A stretch of 64,000 bases of DNA, taken from contig LSRY02000017.1 in assembly GCA_001643675.2 (NCBI GenBank), forward strand, positions 1,302,001 through 1,366,000. Direction: 5' to 3'. Shown in pieces: positions 40,266 to 52,735 of this stretch. Each line of letters starts with the position of its first letter. Positions within the stretch are counted from its first letter, which is position 1. The stretch is from Monocercomonoides exilis PA203 (lineage: Eukaryota; Protista; Preaxostyla). The notes below the pieces were generated by a model. It worked only from the letters and a program-made list of their open reading frames with translations, did not search any database and was not told the origin of the DNA. The position numbers and the translations under genes are program-made.

Positions 40266-43200
40266 TTAACGTGTTGTTTGAATCAAGAATTTGCACCTCT
40301 TCTTTGCATTTTCCAAGGACGTTTCGAAGAGCAATCTTTCTTTCATTGGTGCTTGGTCGCTTTCGAGCCATGCTTCTATTGAGCCAGGCATCTCGAAGTG
40401 GCTCAAGTCAATCGCTCCGTTCAGATAGCTCTGGTCGCCTTTTTGCTGCAAGAACAAGGACAGCTCCACGTCGAGCGATTGAATGTGGTTGATGATCCAT
40501 GTTGAGCTGAAGAGTATCACATCAGTCAGCGGCAGGCGCTGCGTGCTCATTCGGTCGAGGAAGTTGACCAGCTTTCGAAGCAAATGGATGTGTGCCAATA
40601 GATGCTCGTTTCTGAGCTTCGTCGGGTATTTGTACGACTGCATCATCTTCTCCTCGTCGGAGAAGTGGATGAACGTGGCGATGAGTAGCTGGTCGAGCAG
40701 CGTGCGGATCTTCTCCTGCGGCTCGTTGTTGTTGACCAGCACCACCAGCTGGCTCAGCCCGTCCACCAGAACATAATGTGCATCATCTATACGCGCAACA
40801 GACGTGACAAGGTCTTCACTCCACTTCACACTCCCAATCTCCCTCTTTCCTGCCACATCCACAATCGCCTCTGTGCGCCGCATGATTGCCTGGATGTACA
40901 CAGGAATCGGCAGAATAAATACGCCTACTACGGCAGATGCCAGCACAGCTACAGAAATGAACACAACCAGCAGCACTGTCGAGTATCTTGAAGTAAATTC
41001 ACTCGCTTTCTTTTGCAGCTCGTCTCCGATCAGAATCAATGCGTCTTCAGCGTCGTAGAGTGACACGCCTTTGATGAACAGGTAGTTGATGTTGTTCAGA
41101 TCCAGCGCATCTTCTGGCGTCTTCACGAGGTCTGACACAGCCGTCACTGCCCGCACCACCAGTTCTGACAGCCCGTTGAATTCAGTCGAGACGCCTGGCA
41201 TGCGCTCGTTGGAAGAAATGATGTCACACAAACTGCGGTTGATGAGGAGACACGACGTGGGAGCAGTCATCATCTCGTCAATGAGAGTGTTCTCGCCCTG
41301 TGTCCGCGAGAGGGCAATTGAGTCCAGCCGATCGTCAGCTGTCATCGTCTCCGGCGACGGGCCGAGCAAGAAGCGCTTCGAAAGCGACTGGATGAACTGC
41401 ATCTGCGCACTCAGGGTGCTCTTCACATGCTCCACCGACGTGAGGAAGGAGGAGTTGCGGAAAACAGGTGACGACGAGATGGGGTCTTTGAAGAACACAC
41501 TCTCATCTGCCACAGGAAACGTGATCTTTCCAGCAACCATCGTTGCCAGTGCCGAAAGCTGCTTCAATGCAATGCGGCGGTATCCGCTCATGATGATCTT
41601 TCCTGAATGGTCGACTATGCCTGTGATGGCGACGATGGAGACGGCGTAGAACGAGCACGCCAAGCAGATCAGCAGCAGCGACCCGACAGCCAGCTGCCAC
41701 TTCACAGACGGCGGGACCACTCCTCCCAGCACGCGCAGCTTCTCATCCATGTCGTCTATGCGCTGCTGGGCAATGCGCTCTTTCTCCTCTTTCTCTTCTT
41801 CCAACAGCTCGTTGTCTTCCTCCATCCGCCCTTTGTCCAGCACACCCAGATCGTACTTGAACTGCTTTGGAGTTAGCTGCTTCACTTTCTTCCTCTTCTT
41901 CGGCTGATCTGTTGTCTGAGACCTCGATTGTGATTGATACTGTGGCTGAGATTGCGACTGTGACTGACATCGAGACAATATCTGCATCTGTTGTGGCCCA
42001 GGCGAAGGAGAGTAGAAAGAAGGCTGCCGCGAGAAGGACATCAGAGAGGACTGCTGCATCTGCGGTGTCTGGCCTGAAAACGAGTGCTGCGAAGACAGAG
42101 AGGCCAGCTGGTATGCAGCGGCAAAGTTGCTCGGGGTGCCTGTGCCTGCGCGGCTGGGCGTGGCTGAAATAGCAGGTGTGGGCTTAGCTGACAGTGGAGT
42201 GATGATGTTGTCATTGTCATTATCATTCTCATCGATCGTGCTTGCTTCTGGCAGAGGTGTCGCTGTGTTCTTGGCAGCTGCTGCGTCGTCTGCAGCGCGG
42301 TCAGTCTGCGATGTCTCAGTGACAGCAGAGGACATCGTGTCGTGATGACTCTGCGAAGCCCCCTTTGAAGATCCTTCAAGCCGCTCGACCATTTTGGCAG
42401 CATATTCGGCAGAGATTGTGCAGAGCAAGCGCATCGCCTTCTTTCGCTCTCTGATGACGATGCGGATGAAGATCATGACAGGAATGATGGTAGCACACAG
42501 CAGCACAGCGATGCAGAAGACAAGAAGCACAATCAGCAGAATCAGGTTGTCGTTCGAGATCTTCATCACCCTGTCGTATCCTTCTGTCACAATCACCTCC
42601 AGCTCAGAGGAGATCGACAGAGGCGCATTCAGCACGAAGCTGGCTGCTCCTTTCTGGAAGAACGAGAGCAGAGAAAGGTAGTCGGGAAACTTAGCGCTGT
42701 TGTCCACCAAGTCGAGTGCGATGTCCTGCGACCAGTTGATCAGCGTGATAAGATTCAGGTTCTCAGTCACGAACTCCTTCACCAGGTTGACCTGGGCGCT
42801 GTCCATGTAGCACACCACAAACGAGGCAAGATCGCTTTTCCACGCTGAGCTCTCAGCCGTCTTTGTGAACAGCTCAGGCAGCAGCTGCGACTGGCTGATG
42901 ATTGTCTCTTTCGCCTCCTTCCGCTGCTTGTCGAAGTCGTCCCGGCTGGATGCTTGATTAGCTTTATTCATTTGATTCATTTGGCTCATTTGATTCCTTT
43001 GATTTGCTTGATATGCCATATCAATGGCACAATTGTCATTATCATCACTTTCTCTTTCTCTGTCAGCATCTCCATTTTCTGATGATGGAGTAAGAGGAGT
43101 CGGCGTTGGTGGTGGCATTGGGTTAGAGAAAGAGGCGAGTGACTGCACCATCAGATAGAGCACATGGTTCTGATAGATGCTGAGCTGGATGCACTTGCGG

Positions 43201-46200
43201 GAGGTGTCCATGTATGTGGTGGACTCGTTGAAGCGCGAGTTGATCAGGATATACGTCACCATAATCGTCGCTGCCACCAGCCCCACCCCGCTCAGCACAA
43301 TCGGCAGCAGCGCATTCAGCATCGTCTTCGACTTCTCCTTCTCGTCCTTCGTGAGCGAGTCCAGCTTGTTCTTCTTCGATCTTCTTGTATTTCCTCTTTC
43401 TTTCCTCTTCTGCGCTGCTTTCTTCGCTTTCCGCATGTTCCGCTCACGAGTGTACTGGAGCATCCCTTCTGCGTTGAAGTCTGCCTGCGACTGAACATTC
43501 ATCCCTCTTCCATAAAATGATGAGGGGCTCTTGTTCATCAGTGGGCCATCACTTATGTTCAATGAGATGCCATTCGATCTGCTTGTCACTCGACTCAGCG
43601 CTCTTCCTATTTCCATTCCACTCGCTGCTCCTCCACCACCAGCTGCTCCTCCATTCCCATTGACATTTCCTCCACCACCTCCTCCTCCACTCCCCCAAGC
43701 GCTGTCCCCCCATCCGTCTCCTTCCAACGTCGACTGCACATCGTCCTCGTTGCTGCCCATCGACAGCAGCTCGTCCATCTCACTCGGCTCCTCCAGCTCA
43801 TCTGCCTCGTGCAGCAGCTTGTTCGCTGTCTCGTCGTCTGAATATACATCCCTCAGCACCAAAGCCAGTCTTCGCATGACACTCGGGTTGTCTGGTGACT
43901 GAAGCAGCATTTTGGTGTAAGTGTCCTCCGATTCGTGGGCGTATTTGAGGGCTTCCACAATGTGGTGCATCACTTTCGGCACGTCGATTGAGCGCCGCGA
44001 GAGAAGCGACCACACGCGGAACATGTGCGCCTTGCTGATCTCGTCGTTCTTGGCTGCCTGCTGCAGCTGGAGGCGGGTGTTGTATGTGTTCGACATCGAC
44101 GCTGTCCCACCAAACTCAGACACACTCTTCCCTTTTCCAATGGCGCTGTCGGTGCTGGAGAATGTCTCTCTTCTTCTGATGAACGCTTCCATCTCCTTCG
44201 ACTTCACGTATATCAGCCAGCGGTCGATCCAGCTGGGGAACTGGTCGCAGGCGCGCTGCAGCTGCGTGGCGAGGGCGTTTGGGCGGTGGATCATGCTCAT
44301 GAAGGAGGAGAGGAAGAGAGAATACGACACCATCAGATCAGAACTTGTACTGAACTTCTCTTTTTTCAAGGCAGCGACGAATAAGTTGTCGACGAAGCAG
44401 ACGACTTCCTGCTGCTGGCGGAAGGTTGGATCAGAGAGGAAGGAGATCTTTGTCCAAATGGCTGAGGGGGAGCTGATGGTGCGGAGGATGGCTTTGATGA
44501 TGCTGGGCTGGTTGGTGATGAAGGGGGAGACGGAATCAAAAGTGGGACTGCTCTGAGAAGGGATGATGCCGAAGGAGGAGGAAGAGGAAGAGGAGAAGGG
44601 GAATGGCGAGGTGAAAGGAGAGGAAGACATGGAGGGAGCGATTGATGGTGGTGAGGATGATGATGAGGATGAGGCAGAAGAAGAAGTAGAGGATGAAGAC
44701 ATGTAAGAAGAAAGAACAGATGGAGATTGCTGTGAAATGAATGGAGAAGAAGGCGATGCGAAGAGCAAGCCAGGCGGAGGAGAAGGAGAAGCCTGCGGAA
44801 GCGAGGCGGTGCTTGGAGCTGCACGCGACGGAGCGAAGTGTGACTGTGACTGCATCTTCTCATCAGTGCTGAAGAGATGTGTGACCACAGCGCCGTCCAC
44901 CTCAATCCGCAGACCGATCGGCTTTCTTCCTCCACTGCCTGCTTTCTTCCTGTTTTTGTTCTTTTTGCTCTTCTCGATCTCCTGGGCGTGCTGCAGGAGT
45001 GTGGGTGGGTGTGGCTGAAGTGAAGTGTTTTGTGGGGAGGATGCCTGAGGAGACGGCAGAGAAGGGGAGACGTGCTCAGAGAGCGAGTAGATGGGCTTGA
45101 TCAGCGCGAGTCCCTTGTGGCGGGTGTATGCGAAGAGCCCTGCACAGACGCCGAAGACAGCGCAGATGAGCACCCACGACGCATAGAAGAAGACGACACT
45201 CAGAGAAGCCAGTGTCTGATTGCCGCTGGCGACGCTGCGGGCGGCCAGGGAGTTCCAGACGGGCATCAGCAGCGAGGCGATGCCGGATCCGAAGGCAGCG
45301 CCGTAGATGGTGGAGTAGAGGGAGTTGGAGTACGGTGTTGTCTGGGGAAGGGTGATGATCTCGAAGCACATGAGGATGGCAAAGACCACAGAGTGGATGA
45401 TGGCAGTGGCGGTAGGGTAGAACTCGATGAGGATTGTCACAAGAAAGGAGCTGAGGTAGCCCAAAGATTGGGCAAAGCACGTGGTTGCGCCCCATCGCGT
45501 GCTGTTGAGATTTGCCGTGCGCAAGTTTGCATCGAAGATCAAGCAACGATACAATCCAGAAAAGACGAATAGAGCTACAAGGAAAATTGCCGAAAAGACG
45601 AGAAGTGGAATGCGAGCAGTTGGGTTGCAATACGTAAAATTGTTGTTCTCACTAATTGGTGATACGGTCTCCTGAATTAAGCATGCCCAAGGCTTCGAAA
45701 AAATTATGCAGAATGGAACAAGAAAAGGGACAACAATGAGTATTCCAAGCATATCGCTGATAGAATGGAGAGCAGCAGGGGCTCCTCCTTCTCTTTTTGC
45801 AAGTAAGCAAACAATAACACCAAGGGCGATAGTAAGAATCAAAGTCGCTCCCATGAGAACAAAGAAAATTACAAATGATAAAAAAGTTGGTGAATAAAAC
45901 GAAGGGTCGAAGTACAATCTAATGGAGCAAAGATTTAAAATTAAAGAACAAAAAAGGATTATACCCAATTTTACGGTAAACAGCTGTAAAATACAACAAA
46001 GGAACATCAGTTCTTCGAAGTGGTATAAAGATGTATTGAAAAGCAAGCAAAATTGAAATCCCAATAATCACTGAATCAGATATTTGCCGAGCATGCTATA
46101 AATAAAAAATTATTAACGCATAACTCAAAAATTAAACAAAAATATCAAACCAATTTATAGGGATGAAAAAAAGAAAATAACCTGAAAAAAACGCAAGGTT

Positions 46201-46336
46201 CAAATAAAATGTTTGTTAAATAAAAAATTAACGATAGTCCATACAAATGATCGAAAGCATTAAATCGTGCGTAAGGGACAGCATTTCTTTCTGCGACAAT
46301 GGAGCTCGAAACGGATTGTGTGTCTATTGAAGACAT
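40266..46336 (-). CDS. TmcB-like multipass membrane protein with C-terminal hemerythrin domain
   Basis: Likely ATG at 46336 (MSSIDTQS...), with three short 5' introns joining the 1932-aa ORF. N-terminal TM bundle, helical repeat region (LLQSPDNPSVMRRLALVLRDVYSDDETANKLLHEADELEE), four further TMs flanking two large loops, and a hemerythrin domain at ~40445-40832. Confidence 0.85.
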
Positions 46337-46642
46337 TGACTGTTCCTTAAAAGTAAAATTTGACAATTCGAGAAAGTCAATATATAGTTTTCATACAAAT
46401 AAATGAAGCAAACCGAATATTATCTTATTAAAAAATGTTTGTGCTTTACAATGTACCGCACAACTAATTACACGTTATGAAAATATTTTAATATGGGGGA
46501 ACTCGGAACCTTAACTGTTTTTAAAATTCAGGAAAATGTTTTTCTCAAAGGAAATCAAAACTTAAAAAATAAAAATATATTTTTTTAAAGTTGATTCGTT
46601 CAGAATAATCAAGTAGAAACAGCAGCAATAATCAGTACTGAA

Positions 46643-47272
46643 ATGGAGAAAGCAACATCACGCAAACTTCAATCTTTGGCTGTTGGACCTTCTTCATCAA
46701 TGCTTTCTGGAAAATTTGCACGTTCTACTTTGACCCTAAGTCAAAGGATCAGCCACTTACCTGCGACTTTTGAGAAAAGAACAATTGGAGTACCTTCTTC
46801 CAGTTTTGAAAAAAAGAGCAATATATCATCAATTGAACGGCATAAAGTTAATGATGCAATAAGCGAAAAAAAGAGTGATTTTAATGATATTTCCTCTGAT
46901 TCTCAAGCAGTCAAAATTGAACAAGACGACATACAGACGAATAAAAAAGGAAAAATTTCATCATTTTCGTTGGAGCAAGATATTCTTTCAATTGAAGATT
47001 CAACAACTGCAGATGCGATGCAAGGCAATAAAGATTCACAAAGTTCCAACATAAAATTTGGAGATCAACTTCAAAAATTTGATGAAGTTGAAAAAAAAAT
47101 TACGAATACTTTGATGGAACTGGAAGAACGTTTGGATTCAACAAGTCAAAGGCTTCGAATTATTCTTGAAAAATCTCTTCTGAAACATTGTGAACTTTGT
47201 CTGAAGGATAATCCAAAAACTCAATTAATTTGGAATGATACCAAACGGAAATGGGCAAAAGAACCTCTTTAA
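46643..47272 (+). CDS. Hypothetical protein (209 aa) with C-terminal coiled coil
   Basis: Open ATG-TAA ORF in an AT-rich context. No recognisable motif. Confidence 0.55.
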   Translation: MEKATSRKLQSLAVGPSSSMLSGKFARSTLTLSQRISHLPATFEKRTIGVPSSSFEKKSNISSIERHKVNDAISEKKSDFNDISSDSQAVKIEQDDIQTNKKGKISSFSLEQDILSIEDSTTADAMQGNKDSQSSNIKFGDQLQKFDEVEKKITNTLMELEERLDSTSQRLRIILEKSLLKHCELCLKDNPKTQLIWNDTKRKWAKEPL

Positions 47273-47745
47273 ATTTTTCTTCTTCTTCTTCTTCTTTATT
47301 TGTTTGCTTGCTTGCTGACAAACGCTTTGAATAAAAATTATAAAAAAATATTATATGATCCGTAATAAAAAATTTTTTATAAGAAAATAATTTTTCCAAA
47401 AAAAAGAGAAAAACTACTGTGATATAACTGGCACAACTCGAAATCAAGCATCATAAAAACATTAAGTTCTTCCTTTTTCTAAAAGGAGAATTAACTTGTT
47501 TGATACATTTCAAAAAACGGATTAAAAATTGCTATGCGATTACTGGACAAGATGGAAAAGAAATTTTTATAATTTTTCACGTTTCGTCAACAACACTTAT
47601 ATGGTTTTGCATAGAAAATAGTGCCGATTGTGCAGAACAAACTATTCTTTCTCAAACCGAGTTTTCTTTCACTGAAAAAAATTTGGAAAAAAGCGAACTA
47701 AAAGAATTTAAACCTTTTATATTTCGTTTGAATCGAAACTTTAAA

Positions 47746-50700
47746 ATGGGGGCCTTACATTTGCTTCAACTATCGTTTCGATGTCATTCCATCATATCCA
47801 ATCAAAACGTATTTTTACTTTTTTCAGAAGAAAACTGTTTGTATCAACTAAGTTTCCAGGAAAATAAGCGGCGAAGCATGTCTGACTTTTCTTGTTCTCA
47901 AAATACCAATTCATTAAACCCATCTAATTATCAATTGAACCAAAAGACTTTAACACATGCTCCAGTCTTGAATGAGCTTCTTTCACAAAATACAACAAGA
48001 TCATTTATTGTGCAATCTGAAATTTCATCAAGGTTTGGAGTGCCCAGAAGAAAGCGGTTTGAAATTGCTTCTCCAACATCAATAATTTTCAGTCAGCACC
48101 AGTCATCAGAAAAGAGAGATCCAGAAATGAAGTATCAACAGTACTTTCCCTGCATTGTCGAAGTTGCTATGAAAACACTTGGACAAACAAATCTAGATGG
48201 AAGAGAACATCAAAGGATTACAGTGGTTTCTTGTTTGGACGAAAGCACATTTCTTATTGGATGGGATGACGGAGCAATTTCTTTGGCACGACTTTACAGC
48301 CACTCACCTTTCTCAGTTGAGATCGGCGGAACATTAGAAATGAGCCAACATAAGCAGACATCTTCGTTCACCCCTCTTCTTGTCTTTTCGACAGTTTTAA
48401 ATTTTGGAGAAGAAATTGTTTCGATACAAGAAGTAACTTTGAATGAGGAAGGCTCAACCAATGCTAAAGGAGAACTGAGTTCCTTGCTGTTGGCTATTAT
48501 TGGAAAGAGAGGAAGACTTGGGTTATTTTCAATTGACATTTCGCAATTGGTGATGAAGACAATTGAGCCAAACAAAAAAGAAACAGCCGATTCATCTTCT
48601 GATGCTCATGCGAAAGAAATCACTTCAAAAATTGATGAAGGAGAAAATGTGCTACAAAATGAACAATATAAAAATATACACATCCAAAATGATTTATATT
48701 TGAATACTGAGAATAAAATATCATCTTCATCATCATTGACATCGACATTTCATTCTGCGTCTGCAGCTCCTTCGCTTTCTCGTGGCCGCTTTAAATCGAA
48801 ACTTGCAGCCACTTCGCTTTTCCGTCCTGCTGTGCCAATGTTAGCTGCAGTCTCGAAGACAACAGCTGACGATTCAAACACAGGAAAACTGGGATCATTT
48901 CAAATGGATTTACAAAAGCAGAAGATTTCAATGCAGAGAGGGGAAGAGAAGAAAACTGAAGTACCATCTACCAGAAGTAACTTTTCGGCAATTACTTCTC
49001 TTTTCGAAAACGAAAAAAACGAAAAAAACGAAGAAAAAGAAGAAAAAGAAGCCGAAGAATATGATAAAAATGAGATTTGTGAAGATGGAAAAATATCAAG
49101 TCAGCGCTTGTATCTGAAGTCTGACAGTTCACAAGCGACGCCAGCAGAAACCTCACTCGCTACGAAGCAGTTCACATTTCTCAAAAAGAATCTTGTTAAT
49201 TCGTTGCCTCAATTCCTTATAAAGCAGCCATCTAATCAGTCCGCTCAATCAGAAGTATCAGAAATCAATAAGCAGCGACCCTATAAATTCATTGTTGAAT
49301 ATTCGCTTCCATTCCAAATCTCACAAATAGCTCTGTGTTCGTTTGCTGGACACGCTCGGCAGCTGAAGGCGTTGCTTTTGTTAACTTCAGACAATTCTCT
49401 TTTTGGTCTGCCTCTTTTCGACTGGGAAGTGGAATTGCGCCAACTTCTTTCAAGGTCTGATGGAAAGCAATCTTTTCACCAGCAATTCTTGCAAAGATAC
49501 AAAGTCCCAGTTGCATTTTTTCGCAGAATGGTTCCAATCTGTTTTGCTTCTGGCAAAAGGGAATGGGATGAATCTGATGATGAATGCAGTACTCCTCATA
49601 CTTCATCAACATTGGAATCTTCTTTATCATCATCTTCTTCTTTTTCGATCAGACCAATTTGTTTATTCCCTTTTTCATATTTTGGAAGTAAGTTATTCTG
49701 CATTGACCAAAAAAGAAACAACTGCTCTGTTTTTTCTATTTCTTCGGGAGTTCCCTTTATCTATCGTTCAGATTCTGGAAGTTTGTTTCCTGTTCCATTT
49801 CTCTTTCAATCGCTCACCGAGTTTCTGGACAGAAGTGCACCATTTGCAATTTCAAATGATTCGACCAATTTTTCGGTCAGAAAGAACATGCAAGACTCTT
49901 CTTCGATGATGTTATCGAAAAGCTTATCATCAGCCAGTTCAATAACAAGTCAATCAACAATTGTGAATTCAATGTTTCATCCTCATCACATCATACGCTC
50001 ACATACACAGCTTTATTTGGACATTCTGTCGCCTCGCTCTCCTCTTTCTAAGAGAATGGCCGCAGCTGAAGTGCAATCACGCAAATTGACAACACAACTT
50101 AACTCATTAAACTATGTGATGACATTCATATGCGCGCATCCTTCATTCACGGTGGAACCAGAGCCAACTCTGCTGAGCTTTAAAAGCAACCCAGTTTTTT
50201 CTAGTTTTTTTGCTGAGAATGCAATGCAATCGTCTGCTCATCCTTCTCCTTTGTCGTCAAGCAATGTCCAATCATTAAGGTCAAGTAATTTTCTTCCACA
50301 AACGTTTCTTTCACATCAGAATCAACAGCTTTCCTTTGAAATCCCATTAGTGCTCAAGCTCACCTGTGCAAAGATGTTCTATTTATTTTACAGCTCAACA
50401 TCGTATTCGAAAGGTTCTTTGCAAGCAACGCTGAAAGATGCGCTGAAGGAGTGGTTCAGCTGGTTCGTGACAGTCTCCATCTGGACAGATGCAATTAGCC
50501 TTCCTCCTCCGCTTTTAACTTCAATTTCTGCTCAACAAAAGAAGCAACATCAATCTTTTCCATTTTCCTCTTTTGAGCTGACAGGCTCCTCTTTGCTTCA
50601 GAAAGCAAATGCTCAAAGTTCATTCAACGAGACACATTCATCTAGGCAATCGACTCTTCTTCAATCAGTTACTCTCGATTTGACATCCATGTCAAATCAG

Positions 50701-52116
50701 ATATTCTTTTGTGATCGAGGCGATACAATGATAATTCCCCTTATTGTTCCTGTTACTGTTCCATTGTCGTTTCAATCACTTTCTCAAATTGCAGTCTCAG
50801 CGTCTCTTCGTTGTGTCTGCCTTTTTCAGCCTCAAATCTCTTCAGAAGCTAAATCAAGAAATGAATATGGATCTGCTTCTTCTTTGGTCATCCCGAAAAA
50901 ATCGAATTATCTCACACATTTTTTCATTCCTTTGAAGAAAGACACGAAATCTTCTTTTTCCATTCACGCTCCTCAATGTTGTCTGGACATAATCGAATTG
51001 GCATCAATGATTCCTCGCACTTCTCCCGAAGAGTTAGCTAACGATCTGGCCGAGCCTCCTCTTCATCCTTCATTTATTGCTGCTATTCAGGCGTCATCTC
51101 CTTCATCTCCTTCGCCATCATCGCAGTTATTATCACCATCAACATCAATATCGCCAACAGCTTCTTCCGCTTCTTCCGCTTCTTCCTCTTCCTCGTGCTC
51201 TTCTTTGCCAACATCGTTATTCTTTTCACCAGCGAAGCAGATTTCAGGGCAATATCAGGATCTGCCATTCTCTGTTGATATGATCACAACAGAATCACGC
51301 ATATCATTTCTCTTCAACAACATTTTAACATTTTTGAATGATAAAAAGAAAAGTTATTCACAGTTGCAAACAGCTTTTTCAGCCAATTCAAACTCTTTTT
51401 TGTCTCCATACCAATCAGAACGCACAGCACAAGCCAGCTCTGCCCCTTCTCCTTCTCCTTCTCCTTCGTCTGATCAGAATTTATTTGCAGCCCTTATGTC
51501 TTGGAAAGCCAGTCCTCTGTGGTCGCATTCTGCAGACACGAAAGCCAGCATGTTGATCAGATTGGCTGTGATATTCTCGTCTTTGTGCAGCAACACATCG
51601 TCCAACGCCTCTCAGTTCATTCAGCCGGCTGGATGGAGTTGGGAAAGATCGATGCTAAATTCTGTAATCCCGGACATTCGCTCAACTTCTGCTCCTGTCC
51701 CGTTTTCAAATCTGGTCGATGCTCCAAAGAATACCTTTTCACTCCCGCATCTTCCACTGCTTCCTTCAAATGCCAGTTCCAGCTCGCATTTGCTGACACA
51801 ACGAGAACCTGAAGTATTTTCGATGAGCTTTCAGATGAGCCATCTGGGCTGCAGCCACCAGTTTAAAATTCAGCTGCGGTTTTGTCCTCGGCAGCCATTG
51901 GACAACACTTCTTTCAGCAGCAAAGACGGAAGAGATATGAAAAAGACGACACTTTCGCATTATTTCGGAGTGGCTACCAAGGAAGGAGAGGCAAATCGTA
52001 AAGTTTTGATAACTCTCTCCTCAAATGCAATTTCTGATCTTTCTCTTTTGGCTGCTGCTGTTGCCTCGCGATTGAAAGGCTCTCAAACAACTACGCCTCT
52101 TCAGACTTCAAAATAG
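47746..52116 (+). CDS. Large hypothetical protein, possibly FAAP100-like
   Basis: Long ORF with first in-frame ATG at 47746. Beta-rich N-terminal half, short coiled coil, alpha/beta C-terminus. Motif resemblance to FAAP100 is tentative (see findings). Confidence 0.75.
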   Translation: MGALHLLQLSFRCHSIISNQNVFLLFSEENCLYQLSFQENKRRSMSDFSCSQNTNSLNPSNYQLNQKTLTHAPVLNELLSQNTTRSFIVQSEISSRFGVPRRKRFEIASPTSIIFSQHQSSEKRDPEMKYQQYFPCIVEVAMKTLGQTNLDGREHQRITVVSCLDESTFLIGWDDGAISLARLYSHSPFSVEIGGTLEMSQHKQTSSFTPLLVFSTVLNFGEEIVSIQEVTLNEEGSTNAKGELSSLLLAIIGKRGRLGLFSIDISQLVMKTIEPNKKETADSSSDAHAKEITSKIDEGENVLQNEQYKNIHIQNDLYLNTENKISSSSSLTSTFHSASAAPSLSRGRFKSKLAATSLFRPAVPMLAAVSKTTADDSNTGKLGSFQMDLQKQKISMQRGEEKKTEVPSTRSNFSAITSLFENEKNEKNEEKEEKEAEEYDKNEICEDGKISSQRLYLKSDSSQATPAETSLATKQFTFLKKNLVNSLPQFLIKQPSNQSAQSEVSEINKQRPYKFIVEYSLPFQISQIALCSFAGHARQLKALLLLTSDNSLFGLPLFDWEVELRQLLSRSDGKQSFHQQFLQRYKVPVAFFRRMVPICFASGKREWDESDDECSTPHTSSTLESSLSSSSSFSIRPICLFPFSYFGSKLFCIDQKRNNCSVFSISSGVPFIYRSDSGSLFPVPFLFQSLTEFLDRSAPFAISNDSTNFSVRKNMQDSSSMMLSKSLSSASSITSQSTIVNSMFHPHHIIRSHTQLYLDILSPRSPLSKRMAAAEVQSRKLTTQLNSLNYVMTFICAHPSFTVEPEPTLLSFKSNPVFSSFFAENAMQSSAHPSPLSSSNVQSLRSSNFLPQTFLSHQNQQLSFEIPLVLKLTCAKMFYLFYSSTSYSKGSLQATLKDALKEWFSWFVTVSIWTDAISLPPPLLTSISAQQKKQHQSFPFSSFELTGSSLLQKANAQSSFNETHSSRQSTLLQSVTLDLTSMSNQIFFCDRGDTMIIPLIVPVTVPLSFQSLSQIAVSASLRCVCLFQPQISSEAKSRNEYGSASSLVIPKKSNYLTHFFIPLKKDTKSSFSIHAPQCCLDIIELASMIPRTSPEELANDLAEPPLHPSFIAAIQASSPSSPSPSSQLLSPSTSISPTASSASSASSSSSCSSLPTSLFFSPAKQISGQYQDLPFSVDMITTESRISFLFNNILTFLNDKKKSYSQLQTAFSANSNSFLSPYQSERTAQASSAPSPSPSPSSDQNLFAALMSWKASPLWSHSADTKASMLIRLAVIFSSLCSNTSSNASQFIQPAGWSWERSMLNSVIPDIRSTSAPVPFSNLVDAPKNTFSLPHLPLLPSNASSSSHLLTQREPEVFSMSFQMSHLGCSHQFKIQLRFCPRQPLDNTSFSSKDGRDMKKTTLSHYFGVATKEGEANRKVLITLSSNAISDLSLLAAAVASRLKGSQTTTPLQTSK

Positions 52117-52735
52117 ACGGACTGCTTTCTTTGCGATTGCTTCACAATTTGTAAAGCCAATTCGATTTTTGCGATACTTACAAATTTCAATTTGTTTATT
52201 GATGACTGCTTCACAAATACAGAGCAGACATTTTTTGCAGGAAAAACAGTTGAAGGTGGTTTGTTTCACTAATTACAATTTCGACAATGCTTTTTTTAAG
52301 AAAGCAAGTGAATCTGTGTCGTTGTGCCCCAAAACAAAATAATTATAAAGAAATGCTTCAAGTAATAAAAGCAACTATATCAAGTCAAATAATAATTAAG
52401 TGATTATTCTTTCATTCAATATTGAACCAAGTCTAAACATAGCTTATATTGCGCTTTTGCAATAATAAAGATTTATAACTTATATTTATGAAATTTATTT
52501 TTGTTCTTTTACAAAAAATTATTTTCTATTAAAAATTATTTTTTTGATTGAATCTTTTTTAAATTCTTTTTTGTTCTTCCGAATAACATTTATTTTTAAA
52601 ATTCTTTGATATTTATAAAAATATATTGCACTTTATACAGTTAAATATTTTGAATGCATTATTTATTTTCCAAAAAAAGTGCGTTATACACGTAAGTGAA
52701 ATATGATCGCAACCATACGAAATTATTTTTAAAAT

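Noticed and set aside
46465-52700. TACACGT motif upstream of two gene starts
   Set aside because: Too few occurrences to distinguish from chance.
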